NCBI GenBank assembly: GCA_963735595.1
Contig: CAVTLK010000005.1
Location: forward strand, 160,001-224,000
Reading direction: 5' to 3'
DNA from: an uncultured delta proteobacterium
GTDB taxonomy: Bacteria > Desulfobacterota > Zymogenia > Zymogenales > Zymogenaceae
DNA length: 64,000 bases
Numbering within the stretch: the stretch's first letter is position 1; each line of letters starts with the position of its first letter. Under the pieces are notes generated by a model that was not told the origin of the DNA, ran no database searches, and saw nothing but the letters and a program-made list of their open reading frames with translations. Both the position numbers and the translations under genes were made by a program. Shown here in pieces: positions 10,657-20,791 of this stretch.

Positions 10657-11484
10657 TTATTTAGGGGCGTTCGGGAAAAAGAGCTGCTTGTCAAATTTCT
10701 TGAATTCGGCAATCAACTTCTGTCCCTTCTCACCGGTCAGCCAGTCCGCGAATATCTTGGCGTCGGCGTACTTGGCGGTCGGGATCTTCTTGGGGTCGAC
10801 AAGGATGACCCCGTACTGGTTGAACAGGATCTTGTCTCCCTGGACCATGATGGGCAGGTCGATCTTCTTACCGAGGGTAAAATCGAAATAAGTGGAATCG
10901 TCGGTGAGGATGTAGGCATCCTTCTCGTTGGCCAGCATGAGCGACGGTCCGATCCCCGCGCCCGACTCGAGGTACCAGGCTTGCCCCTGGGGCGTGATGC
11001 CCAGGGCCTTCCAGATTTCGAGCTCTTTCACGTGCGTGCCCGATTTATCTCCCCGGGAGATGAAGAGGGCCTCCTTCTTGGCGATCTTCTTGAACGCGGC
11101 AAGGGCGTCCTTCATCCCCTTGATCTTGGCGGGATCTTTTGCCGGGCCGACCAGGAGAAAGTTGTTATACATGACGTCCTTACGATCCATGCCGTAGCCG
11201 TCCGCGATGAACTTGTCTTCCATTGACCGGGCGTGAACGAGGATAACGTCGGCGTCGCCGTTTTTCGCAATCTCAATGGCCTTGCCGGTGCCGGCATAGA
11301 CGTACCTGACCTCGATTCCGGTGTCGGCCTTAAAGACCGGAAGAAGGTAATCCAGCATGCCGGTATCGACGGTGCTGGTCGTAGTGGCCAGAGTGATGTA
11401 CCGGTCGGCGGCGACCGCCCACCCGAACCCAAACAATACCAGCGCCATGACTGTGGCTAAAAATAAAACTCTTTTTGCTTTCAT
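10657..11484 (-). CDS. tupA: Tungstate ABC transporter substrate-binding protein
   Basis: Signal peptide; TupA motifs 'TTTS', 'GTGKAI', 'FISRGDKSGTH', 'YILTD', 'NQY'. Confidence 0.9.
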   Translation of the reverse strand: MKAKRVLFLATVMALVLFGFGWAVAADRYITLATTTSTVDTGMLDYLLPVFKADTGIEVRYVYAGTGKAIEIAKNGDADVILVHARSMEDKFIADGYGMDRKDVMYNNFLLVGPAKDPAKIKGMKDALAAFKKIAKKEALFISRGDKSGTHVKELEIWKALGITPQGQAWYLESGAGIGPSLMLANEKDAYILTDDSTYFDFTLGKKIDLPIMVQGDKILFNQYGVILVDPKKIPTAKYADAKIFADWLTGEKGQKLIAEFKKFDKQLFFPNAPK

Positions 11485-11609
11485 GCAATCCTCCTTGCTA
11501 AGAGCAGTGAATATAAAAGCCAGGCGCCGGTGTCGGGTGGGATTGCGTCATGGAATTGCTGGGAAGGCGACCACGCAAAAAACGCGCACGGACGAGTAGG
11601 GATTTCCAC
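11481..11609 (-). CDS. Putative 42-aa leader ORF translationally coupled to tupA
   Basis: GTG just downstream of the riboswitch-embedded AAAGGAGA; open for 42 codons; TGA overlaps the tupA ATG (ATGA). Confidence 0.4.
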   Translation of the reverse strand: MEIPTRPCAFFAWSPSQQFHDAIPPDTGAWLLYSLLLARRIA

Positions 11610-11611
11610 TG

Positions 11612-11723
11612 AACTCTCCTTTCCAAACACGGGGGGCCTGACCGTTTCCAATCAAACCGTATCGTCCTTTCACCGTAGGGAGCCATATAAGGCATCCCCT
11701 TAGGCGAGAAGGGTCGGAGAATT
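11612..11723 (-). ncRNA. Moco-family riboswitch, P3-less (Wco/Tuco-type)
   Basis: P1 UUCUCC/GGAGAG; P2 with tetraloop receptor CCUAAG...UACGG; P4 GAUACGG/CCGUGUU; P5 capped by a GAAA tetraloop; conserved 3' CCCGUGUUUGGAAAGGAG; no hairpin between P2 and P4. Confidence 0.85.
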
Positions 11724-11734
11724 TTATAGTGCGT

Positions 11735-11762
11735 ATTATATCGAGCGGAAACGATATGTCAA
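11735..11762 (-). promoter_or_regulatory. Sigma-70 promoter of the riboswitch-tupA transcript
   Basis: Consensus TTGACA-16-TATAAT placing the start just upstream of P1. Confidence 0.8.
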
Positions 11763-11941
11763 TACTTTTATGTCCGTGGCCTCCAGGCGGGCCCGTGAGG
11801 CGATTTTGTTGAGGCCGCGCGGCGGGTGGGAGGGGGTATATTTTAATGATGACGCCGTTATTTCCTTGACAACATCCCGAAGTAAACGTATGTATTTCTA
11901 TTGAATTTTATCATCTTTTCATCAGGGCGGAAGGGTGCGCG

Positions 11942-13151
11942 ATGGCAATGGATACAAGCTACTTCATAAACCTCGAGGAGAAATACGGCGCCAGGAACTA
12001 TAAGCCGCTGGACGTGGTATTGACGAGGGGGCAGGGGATATGGGTCTGGGACGTGGACGGCAACCGGTACATGGACTGCCTCTCGTCCTATTCGGCGGTC
12101 AACCAGGGCCACTGCCACCCGAAGATCATGGAAACGATGATCCGGCAGGCCCAGCGGCTCACGCTGACCTCCCGGGCGTTCCGCAACGACCAGCTGGGCC
12201 CCTTCTACGAGGAGCTGTGCGCCCTGACCAATTCCCACCTGGTGCTGCCCATGAACAGCGGCGCCGAGGCCGTCGAAACGGCGATCAAAGCGGTGCGCAA
12301 GTGGGGCTACCGGACCAAGGGGATAGACGAGGGCAGTGCCGAGGTAATCGTCTGCGAGAACAACTTCCACGGCAGGACGATTACGATCGTCGGCTTTTCC
12401 ACCGAACAGCAGTATAGGAACGGGTTTTCGCCGTTTACGCCCGGTTTCGTGGTCGTCCCCTACGGGGACGCCGTGGCGCTGGAACGGGCAATCACAAAGA
12501 ACACCGTCGCCTTTCTCGTCGAGCCGATCCAGGGAGAGGCCGGCGTTGTCATCCCCCCCGCGGGATACATGGCCCGCGTCCGTGAAATCTGTACCAGGCA
12601 CAACATCGTCATGATCACCGATGAGATCCAGACCGGGCTGGGGCGGACGGGTAGACTATTGGCCGAAGAGCACGACAACGTAGAGGCCGACGTTACCCTG
12701 ATCGGGAAGGCGCTGTCGGGCGGTTTCTACCCGGTGTCGGCGATACTCTCAAACGCGGACGTGCTGGGGGTCTTCATGCCGGGAGATCACGGAAGCACCT
12801 TCGGGGGCAATCCCCTGGCCTGCGCGGTCGCACGGACGGCGCTCAAGGTCCTCGTCGAGGAAGGGATGGTCGAAAACTCGGCGCGCATGGGCGATTATTT
12901 CCTCGATAACCTCCGCTCGATCAAGAGCCCGGCCGTCAAGGAGATACGGGGCACGGGCCTCTTTATCGGCGTGGAGCTTCACCCGGAGGCGGGAGGGGCC
13001 CGCCGCTTCTGCGAGCGGCTCATGAAGGAAGGGCTCCTGTGCAAGGAGACGCACGACAACGTCATCCGCTTCGCCCCGCCGCTGATCATCACCAAGCAGG
13101 ACATCGACTGGGCGCTGGAGACGGATCGAGCCGGTGCTGACGGCCGGATAA
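11942..13151 (+). CDS. rocD: Ornithine--oxo-acid aminotransferase (C-terminus probably frameshifted)
   Basis: '[11 protein letters not shown]', '[12 protein letters not shown]', 'FHGRT', '[11 protein letters not shown]', PLP lysine 'IGKALSGG', '[10 protein letters not shown]'. Confidence 0.92.
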
Positions 13152-13304
13152 CGGAAACGGGCCGATACTACATAATCAGATGAACCACGCCGGCCGCCGG
13201 ATACCGCCCCCCACATAGGACGCCCTCCAGAACCCCCGTTTTCGCTTGACGTACCGCGTATACCCGTTTACTATTCTTGACAGTATATTATGCGGGGGTA
13301 GATC

Positions 13305-14240
13305 ATGGAAAAACTCGATATCGTTGGTTTCGGGCTTTCGACGCTTGATGTCGTCATGGTGATGAAGGACATGCCCAACTGGCAGTACGGCGGGTGGGTG
13401 AGCCAGTTCGCGTTCCAGAACGGGGGGATGGCCGCCACCGCAGTCGCGGCCGCGGCGCGGGTCGGCGCCAAAGCCGGTTTCATCGGCGCCATCGGAAACG
13501 ATGAGATCGCCGACCTCAAGCGGATGTACCTCACCAAGTGCGGCGTCGATACGAGCCGGATGATCAAGCGGGACGCCCCGGAGGGCCAGGTGTCGTTCGT
13601 CTACGTCCAGGAGGGGACGGGCGAGCGCGTGTTTGCCCCCAATTCGCGGTTCATCGAAGGCCCGCCCCAGGCCAGCGAGATCGACAAGGACTACCTCACG
13701 TCGGCCAAACTCCTCCACATGGACGCGCTCTACCTGGAGCCGTCGATTGCGGCGGCCCAGATGATGAAGGATGCCGGGAAAGAGGTCGCCGTAGACCTGG
13801 GGACGTCCACCGGCGTGGAGGTCGTCCCGGAGGTGAGGCGGCTCGTGGAGCTGACCGATATCCTGATCACCGGCGAGGGATTTTACCAGGCACTCACGAA
13901 AAAGGCCGATCTCAAGGAGGCGATGCGCGAGACGTTGACGATGGGCCCGCGCCTCGTGGCGGAAACACAGGGGGTAAAAGGCTGCGTTACCATGACGAAA
14001 GACGAAGAGTTCCATACCCCGGCCTTTCCCGTGACGGCCGTCAACACCACTAATGCCGGCGACGTTTTTCACGGGGCGTACTACCTCGGGCTGATCAAGG
14101 GGTGGAAGCTAAAAGACACGGCGGTGTTCGCCTCGGCGGCGTCGGCGCTCCTGTGCACGAAGGTCACGGGCGATAGAATCCCGACCTACGACCAGGTCGT
14201 GGAGTTTCTGAAGACCCAGGGAGTGGAGTTTCGCCCGTAA
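13305..14240 (+). CDS. PfkB-family carbohydrate kinase
   Basis: 'GGMAATAVAAAARVG', 'FIGAIGND', 'NTTNAGDVFHG'. Confidence 0.88.
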   Translation: MEKLDIVGFGLSTLDVVMVMKDMPNWQYGGWVSQFAFQNGGMAATAVAAAARVGAKAGFIGAIGNDEIADLKRMYLTKCGVDTSRMIKRDAPEGQVSFVYVQEGTGERVFAPNSRFIEGPPQASEIDKDYLTSAKLLHMDALYLEPSIAAAQMMKDAGKEVAVDLGTSTGVEVVPEVRRLVELTDILITGEGFYQALTKKADLKEAMRETLTMGPRLVAETQGVKGCVTMTKDEEFHTPAFPVTAVNTTNAGDVFHGAYYLGLIKGWKLKDTAVFASAASALLCTKVTGDRIPTYDQVVEFLKTQGVEFRP

Positions 14241-14252
14241 CGGGCCGTGGCT

Positions 14253-15597
14253 CTACGTCAATAACCTTCCGGCCGTCCGAAAGCCCGCTGCATACGTGGC
14301 ACGGACGGCCCGAACGGAAAGGAGCCGCCGGATGATCCTCAACACGGCATTCGGGGGCGTTCTCGTCCGGCCGGTAGCGGATGTCGGCGGGGTCGCCGAT
14401 GAAAAAGCGCGGCTGAAAGAAGCTCTTGGCATACGCGAGGGTGATCAGGGCGATGATGTCCCAGGCGCGCTCCCGCTGGCGCGCAAGGTCCGCGTACCGG
14501 TAGGCCCCCATCGCCATGGTGACCGGCTCGACGAGGTGGTAGACCGCGATCTTGGTGCCGGACAGCTCCCGGGCCGCCCACAGAAGATACATGCATCCGG
14601 TACAGTAGGTGACCAGCCCGTCGGCGTTAACCTGTTCGGCCTGCCTGATCTTGCGTATTGCCCCCTTCATGATTTCAAACGGGATGGCGTGTTTCGGGAT
14701 ATCGGCCGCGCCCCGGCCGAAGCCGCAGCAGTACGAGTAGTCCCGATTGTGGGAAAGCTCCACCAGCTGCGCCCCCGTGTGACTCAGGACCTCCCGGGCG
14801 GCGTCATACAGGGGAGCGCCCTCGGCCTTGGCGTAGCAGTTGTCGTGGACGGCCAGCTTCAGGTTTACCTTTTCGGTCAGCGGAATCTCGCCCTTCTTGA
14901 GGGAGTCGCGCAGCCAATAAGTGAAGGAGGTAAAGCGCGGCGAGTACGTAATCCCGAAGTGCTCCGGGATAAACCGGGTCAGGAGCATCCGGACCGCGTC
15001 GGTGAGGACAACGGTCTCACGATCCCCGTACGCATTCAAGGGCTTCTCCAGCATTCGGGCTATCTTTTCGACCTCCGCCAGGTAGCCCGCCTGTGTCAGG
15101 TAGGCCCCGCATTCCCAATGCCCGATCGGGATCGGTGACGGTAAAACCGTCAAAGAGGGGCGAGTCGGCGATATGGGGGAACAGGTGGCCGTAGTTGCCG
15201 AGGACAAGCGGGCGCTTCCGGGGGCGGTTCTTGGTTGTCGTGCCAGCGGCCGAAAGAGGGCCCGTTCCTCATCGGAGGCCAGACCCGAAAGGCCGCTCCA
15301 GATATTATCCGTCCGATTGGGGCAGACAAAACGGTATATTGCCGGAGCGCCGCGGTCGCGATAGAGCTTTCCCCAGCGTTCGAGGATGAGGAAGTAGGGA
15401 TCGGCCCCGGTCGGGCAGAGGGTGTTGCAGGTAAAACACGACGAACAGCCCGAGAGCACCGCCTGCGCCCCTTTGCCGCGTTCGCCCTCGATCAGTTCGG
15501 CTATCGGCGCGGGCGCGTCCCTTCGTTCCATCGAGAGCTCGGGACAGCCAACGAGGCACAGGCCGCATCGGTCGCAGCGATCGGGATGAAACTTCAC
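14253..15597 (-). CDS. Fe-S oxidoreductase with CCG domain (HdrD/GlcF-like), frameshifted
   Basis: [12 protein letters not shown] and [12 protein letters not shown] clusters; 'HDNC', 'CCGFG', 'YCTGC'; GTG start overlaps the upstream stop (GTGA). Confidence 0.8.
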
Positions 15598-16131
15598 TTC
15601 GTCAGGTCCTTTAACGACCGCCTCATACACCTCGAGATCCACGGCGCCGAACAGCACGAAGCGGACCAGTTCGATCTCCGGGATGATCGGTGAGGTAGTC
15701 CACGACGGTCCTCAGCGCGATCCGCGCGGCCTCTTTGATCGGGTAATTGTAGGCCCCGGTGCTGATGGAGGGAAAGGAGATCGACCGTATTCCCTTTGGC
15801 GGCGGCCAGTTCGAGGCTCTTTCGATAGGCCGAGGCAAGGAGCTTTTCTTCACCCTGGGTTCCCCCGCGGTAGATCGGCCCGACGGTGTGGATAACGTAT
15901 TGCGCCTTGAGGTTGCCGCCCGTGGTGATGACGGCTTCCCCGGTGGGGCAGCCGCCGATCTTCCGGCATTCGGCCATGATCGACGGGCCCCCGGCGGCGT
16001 GAATGGCCCCGTCAACTCCGCCTCCGCCCGACCAGCCGGCTATTGGCGGCGTTTACGATGGCCTGGGTCGTCTCGGTGGTGATATCGCCCTGGACGAGGA
16101 CGATTTTGCTCTTGTTTATCGTTACTTCCAT
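15594..16131 (-). CDS. Macro-domain O-acetyl-ADP-ribose deacetylase (YmdB-like), several frameshifts
   Basis: 'QGDITT', 'IVNAAN', 'GGGVDGAIH', 'VIHTVGP', 'FPSISTGAY' spread over three frames. Confidence 0.88.
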
Positions 16132-16335
16132 ACGATACTACTCCGTCTATACTATGTCGTCTGATTTACTCTAATTTGGCCATAAATTATACGCGACGAA
16201 GGGCAAAATAGCAAGCCGGGTGCCTTTTAAGGCTAATGAATTAATATTTTCTTCACCGATGAGATGCTCTGTCATTGACCTCGATAGTCTGCTTTTTGGT
16301 ATCTATTACTATAATCTTGTCTAAGGAGTCAGGTT

Positions 16336-17664
16336 ATGAGCACCAAGAAACGGGTAATCCTGAGAAAATGCGCAACCTATGATCCCGACCGCGTCGATTC
16401 GATCATCAGGGAATCGCTGGCAGACCTCGGAAAGAAACCGAAGGGGAAGGTACTCATCAAGCCGAATGTCGTGTCTGCAAACAAGAACTATATCTTTGAC
16501 TCATATACCCACCCTACGGTAGTCGGAGCGGCGATCGACGTCCTGAGGGAGTACAAGGTCTCCGACATCACGGTGGGCGAGTCGAGTGGGTACGGCATCC
16601 CCTCGCGCCTCTTCCTCAAGGAGGCGGGGTACTTCGACCTCGCCAGGGAAAAAAAGGTCAGGCTTATCGACTTCAACGAGGAGGCCCAGGTTACCATCCC
16701 CCTGAAGAAGGGCATGTGGCACAAGTCGATGATCGCCTCCAGGGCCCTGGCCGAGGCCGACTTCAAGGTCTGGATGCCCAAGCTGAAATACCACATCTGC
16801 TGCACTGTCACCAACGCACTCAAGCTCAACATCGGCATCCTCACCCATAAGGAGCGGATGCTCTACCACGACGATCGGCTCAACGAGAAAATCGTCGATC
16901 TCCTGGAGGTGGGTTTCCCGGACGTGGTGATCTCGGATGCCATCAAAATCACCCACGGGTATGAGTCGGCCCCCAAGCCCTTTGACCTCGGGATGATCAT
17001 GGTTGCCGATGACCCGCTGGCCGCGGACGCCGTTGCGGCCAAGATCCTCAACTTCAAGCCGACCGACGTCATCCACCTGGTAATGGCCTCCGAGCGGGGC
17101 TACGGCTCGATCGCCGATAAGGATATCGAGGTGACCGGGGACGTTTCGGTAGAGGAGCTTGCACAGAAGACCCGGCACATCGTCAGCGAATACCAGGACA
17201 TCCACAAGGTCGACACCCGTATGAAGTTTTACACCGGCGTCGATCCCGACCGGGGACGGGAGTGCTACGGCGGATGCCTTGCGGCCCTCAAGGGGGCCCT
17301 CGGAACGATCGACGCGCGCAGGCCCGGCTCGGTCAAGAACGCCAAGGCCGGCGGTATCGTCATGGGCATCTATAAGGGCGATGTTATCCATCCAAACGAG
17401 CCCGTCCTCATGCTCGGAGACTGCACGCGGGTGGACGGTAAGCTGGAGGCCGGGAAGATCGTACGGGTCAAGGGCTGCCCCCTCGGCACAAAGCAGCTCT
17501 TCCTGATGCTCCCGTTCACCTTCGGTATGAGCAGCCCATTGCTCGATCCCCGTGACGCGATCGCTGTTTATCTACAACTCGGTGATCAAGGCCGGAAAGC
17601 GGCTGGTGAACTGGGTTTAAGCCGCGGGAGGCTTACTCCTGCGCGTCATTGCGAGGAGCGATAG
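16336..17664 (+). CDS. DUF362-family Fe-S protein (true stop probably near 17620)
   Basis: 'VLIKPN', 'THP', 'PKLKYH', 'ALKLNIG', C-terminal 'CYGGC..GDC..KGCP'. Confidence 0.82.
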   Translation: MSTKKRVILRKCATYDPDRVDSIIRESLADLGKKPKGKVLIKPNVVSANKNYIFDSYTHPTVVGAAIDVLREYKVSDITVGESSGYGIPSRLFLKEAGYFDLAREKKVRLIDFNEEAQVTIPLKKGMWHKSMIASRALAEADFKVWMPKLKYHICCTVTNALKLNIGILTHKERMLYHDDRLNEKIVDLLEVGFPDVVISDAIKITHGYESAPKPFDLGMIMVADDPLAADAVAAKILNFKPTDVIHLVMASERGYGSIADKDIEVTGDVSVEELAQKTRHIVSEYQDIHKVDTRMKFYTGVDPDRGRECYGGCLAALKGALGTIDARRPGSVKNAKAGGIVMGIYKGDVIHPNEPVLMLGDCTRVDGKLEAGKIVRVKGCPLGTKQLFLMLPFTFGMSSPLLDPRDAIAVYLQLGDQGRKAAGELGLSRGRLTPARHCEER

Positions 17665-17726
17665 CGGCGAAGCATCCCGACGGTCACCGAGAACCAGGGG
17701 ATTGCTTCGCTTCGCTCGCAATGACG
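17644..17726. repeat. REP-like palindromic element (CGTCATTGCGAG...CTCGCAATGACG type)
   Basis: 12-bp terminal inverted repeat with nested GAAGCA(A)TC/GATTGCTTC arms. Confidence 0.7.
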
Positions 17727-17882
17727 GCGGGATTATCGTCGCAGCATTTGTATCCGGCGTCTGTCGGACGTAACGCGGTATAAGGATGCGTGGGTGCTCC
17801 CGTGGAGGCCCTGGAGATGCATGAAGGGTTTCCCGGGAGAGAATCTCTTCCCCGGAGTATTGACTCTCCCTGAGGCTAATCC

Positions 17883-18980
17883 ATGTCCCTTGAAGTCGGC
17901 ATCATCGGCCTTCCCAACGCGGGGAAGTCCACTATCTTCAACGCCCTGACGCGCGCCGGGGCGGCGGTGGCGGGCTACCCGTTTACCACCATCGAGCCCA
18001 ACACCGGCATGGTGACGGTCCCGGACGAGCGCCTGGCAAAGATCGCGGAGATCACGGGCCATACGAAGGTGACGCCGACCGTCGTGGAGTTCGTGGACGT
18101 GGCGGGCCTGGTGCGGGGGGCGTCGAAGGGGGAGGGGCTCGGGAACCAGTTCCTGGGCCATATCCGAAACCTGACGGCGCTGGCCCACGTGGTCAGGTGC
18201 TTCGAGGATGAAAACGTCGCCCACGTCGAGGGGGCCGTCGACCCCCGTCGGGACGTCGAGATCATCGAGACGGAGCTCCTTCTGGCGGACCTCGATACCG
18301 TTTCCCGGCGTATCGCCAAGCAGACCAAGGCGGCGCAGGCCGGCGACAAGGAGGCGCAAGAGGGCGCTTTCCGTCGCCGGAGCCGATCAATGAGCTCCTT
18401 TCGGCAGGCAAACCCGCCTGGGTTACGCGCGCAAGCCCCGAGGACGAGCCGATCTTGACGGAGATGGGGCTCCTGACCGCCAAGCCCGTCCTCTTCGTCG
18501 CCAACATCGACGAAAAGAGCATCCCCTACGGCAACCGTCACTCCCAGGAGGTCGAGGCGCTCGCTCAGGAGCGCAATGCCGACATGGTCATGATCTCCGG
18601 CAAGATCGAGGCCGAGCTGGTCGACCTGCCCGAGACCGAGCGGGCCGAGTTCCTGCGCGAGCTGGGGCTTACCGAGACGGGGCTTGCCCCAGGTGATCCG
18701 GGCGGGCTACCGGCTGCTTTCCCTGATGACCTTTTATACGGCGGTGGGAACCGAGCTTCGGGCCTGGTCGATCCCCGACGGGACGCCGGCGCCCAGGGCC
18801 GCGGGAAAGATCCATACCGACATGGAGCGCGGCTTCATCCGGGCCGAGGTGACGAAGTTTGACGACCTCGTGCGGACAGGCTCCGAACAGAAGGTCCGGG
18901 AAGAAGGCAAGGTCCACGTCGAGGGCAAGGACTACATCGTCTGCGACGGCGACATCATCCGAATCAAGTTCGGCACCTGA
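17883..18980 (+). CDS. ychF: Redox-regulated Obg-family ATPase YchF (split over three frames)
   Basis: '[12 protein letters not shown]', 'YPFTTIEPN', '[13 protein letters not shown]', TGS '[16 protein letters not shown]', '[11 protein letters not shown]'. Confidence 0.93.
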
Positions 18981-19152
18981 AACTCTCCAACCGCTTCCTT
19001 TTCGAATTGTACCGCGTTTACCCTCGCCCCCGGTCGTATTAGCTCGAAGAAATCCATATTATCCCGTTAACTGTGAGAAGACTCACAGCATTGTCCTCAA
19101 TCTTTGATAAAAAGGTAAACATACACGCATCATTAATGAAAGGAGGGTATCT

Positions 19153-20073
19153 ATGAGAGAGAAGAAGATAATTCAGGATCTTTTCCGTTACGGCCTTTTT
19201 ACTATTGCTTTCGGCCGGCATCGGGACGGCCGCCTAGCGCCGCGGATATTTCCGGCGACTGGAACAGCACGATCGGCGCCCATTACGTCATAATCCAGAT
19301 GGGAAACCGGATTCCAGTGGCAGGTTCCTGCAAGACGGGAGAAATCGGTGTCGGCAACATCAGCGGGAACACCTGCTCGGCCGGATGGCCGTTTGGATTT
19401 GCCACCGGCAAAATCATAACTCCGATCCGTCGGGATGGGCCATGAAGATCGTCTGGAGCAACGGCGTGGTCTTTACGCGGGGACCCGGCGGCCTGGCCCC
19501 GGACCCGGTAGGTCCCGGACCCGCACCGGGAGGTGACGTCGATTTCAGCTTCGGCCCCAACCCCGCCCGACCCGGGGCCGAGGTATGGCTGGATCTCGAC
19601 AAAAACGTCGGAAACCAGATCCAGGTCTTCCTGAACGGCGTGTTGCTGCCGATCATCAACACCAAGGGTCAGAGCTACGTGATCGTGAAGCTCCCCCTGA
19701 AAGTTACTCCGGGGCCCATCGAGATCGAATACCAGGGCAGGCGCATCCAGTCAAACCAGCCCAAGAAGGTTCTGGAGATTATTCCCGTGGATCTCAGCGG
19801 CAACTGGCGAATCAAGGCCCAGGGCTTTGAATATAAGCTCAACCAGACCCACAGTACGTATACCTTGTCTGGGTCAATCCCGTCGGGCTCATCATTATCG
19901 GTACGGACAAGGGTAATGGGAATACTGTACGACGGCGACCAGATGAACGTCCACTGGGGTGCCAAGCCGCCTTCTATGAGCCTCAACGACGTGGGAACGA
20001 TTATCGATGTCGACCCGAACGGACGGGCCCATAGGATTCAGTGGAACAGCGGCGACGTCTGGAGCGTCCATGA
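19153..20073 (+). CDS. Secreted protein with duplicated beta-rich domain and central IPT/TIG-like domain (frameshifted)
   Basis: GGAGG RBS; hydrophobic signal; 'DISGDW...IVWSNGVVFTR' and 'DLSGNW...IQWNSGDVW' flank a Pro/Gly linker and 'FGPNPARPGAEV..VFLNG..VKLP'. Confidence 0.6.
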
Positions 20074-20110
20074 TTATTTCGTAGTTGTGAGGTTCATTGC
20101 GTTATTGAAG

Positions 20111-20143
20111 GCCCCGGCCGCTTATCAGCGGCCGGGGTATTTT
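20111..20143 (+). terminator. Intrinsic terminator
   Basis: GCCCCGGCCGCT / AGCGGCCGGGGT hairpin followed by ATTTT. Confidence 0.7.
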
Positions 20144-20199
20144 GTTGTGAGAGGCATCATCCACTGATGACCGATGGCGACTCGGGGTCGTAGAGGCTT

Positions 20200-20692
20200 T
20201 TAGGGCTCGCCCGGCGAGGCCGGTGCGGGCAGCGTCAACACCATCGGGGACAAACGTAATCCCGTTTACCGTTTTTTCCGAACCCACCGGCACAAAACCG
20301 AGGCGTTTGTAGACGCCCACGGAATTGGGGGACGAATTGACGTCGACGGCCGCGAGGTCGGGACGGTTTTGCCGGCACATCTCGAGCGCCCGCTCGATCA
20401 GCTCCCTGCCGATCCCGCGTTCATGGTGGCCTTTGTCCACGAAGAAGAGGCAGACGTGGTTATTGTCCCTGACCTCGATCACGCCCACGATCCGGTCGCC
20501 GTGTGTTGCCAACAGGGTAAAGTGGTTGGAAAGAAAACGCTCCCTGAGCGAGCGCGGCTCAACGTAGGCGAGGAACTCCCGCACCCCTTCGGGGGGATAG
20601 TGACGTCCGATGAACTCCTCGAAGACCCGGACGATCAGGTCATTGATCTGCGTTTCCTCGCCCGGCCGCATGAGGCGATATGAGATATCCAT
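20200..20692 (-). CDS. GNAT N-acetyltransferase
   Basis: 'FFVDKGHHERGIGRELI' motif A; 'VNSSPNSVGVYKRLGF'; 3' end frameshifted. Confidence 0.85.
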
Positions 20693-20791
20693 GTCAATTC
20701 CGCTATACCGCCGCCGTATATGCGCGGGATTCGTCCCGGACGCCTCCCTGCCGAATACGGAATCGACGGCGCCGTTCGTCGGGGCGCTCTA

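Noticed and set aside
14164..15657. Macro-domain::Fe-S oxidoreductase fusion
   Set aside because: Explained by an indel; separate overlapping stop and start codons exist
17883..18980. Programmed frameshifting or pseudogenisation of ychF, mop and others
   Set aside because: Indels occur throughout the window without consistent slippery-site signals; sequencing error is more parsimonious
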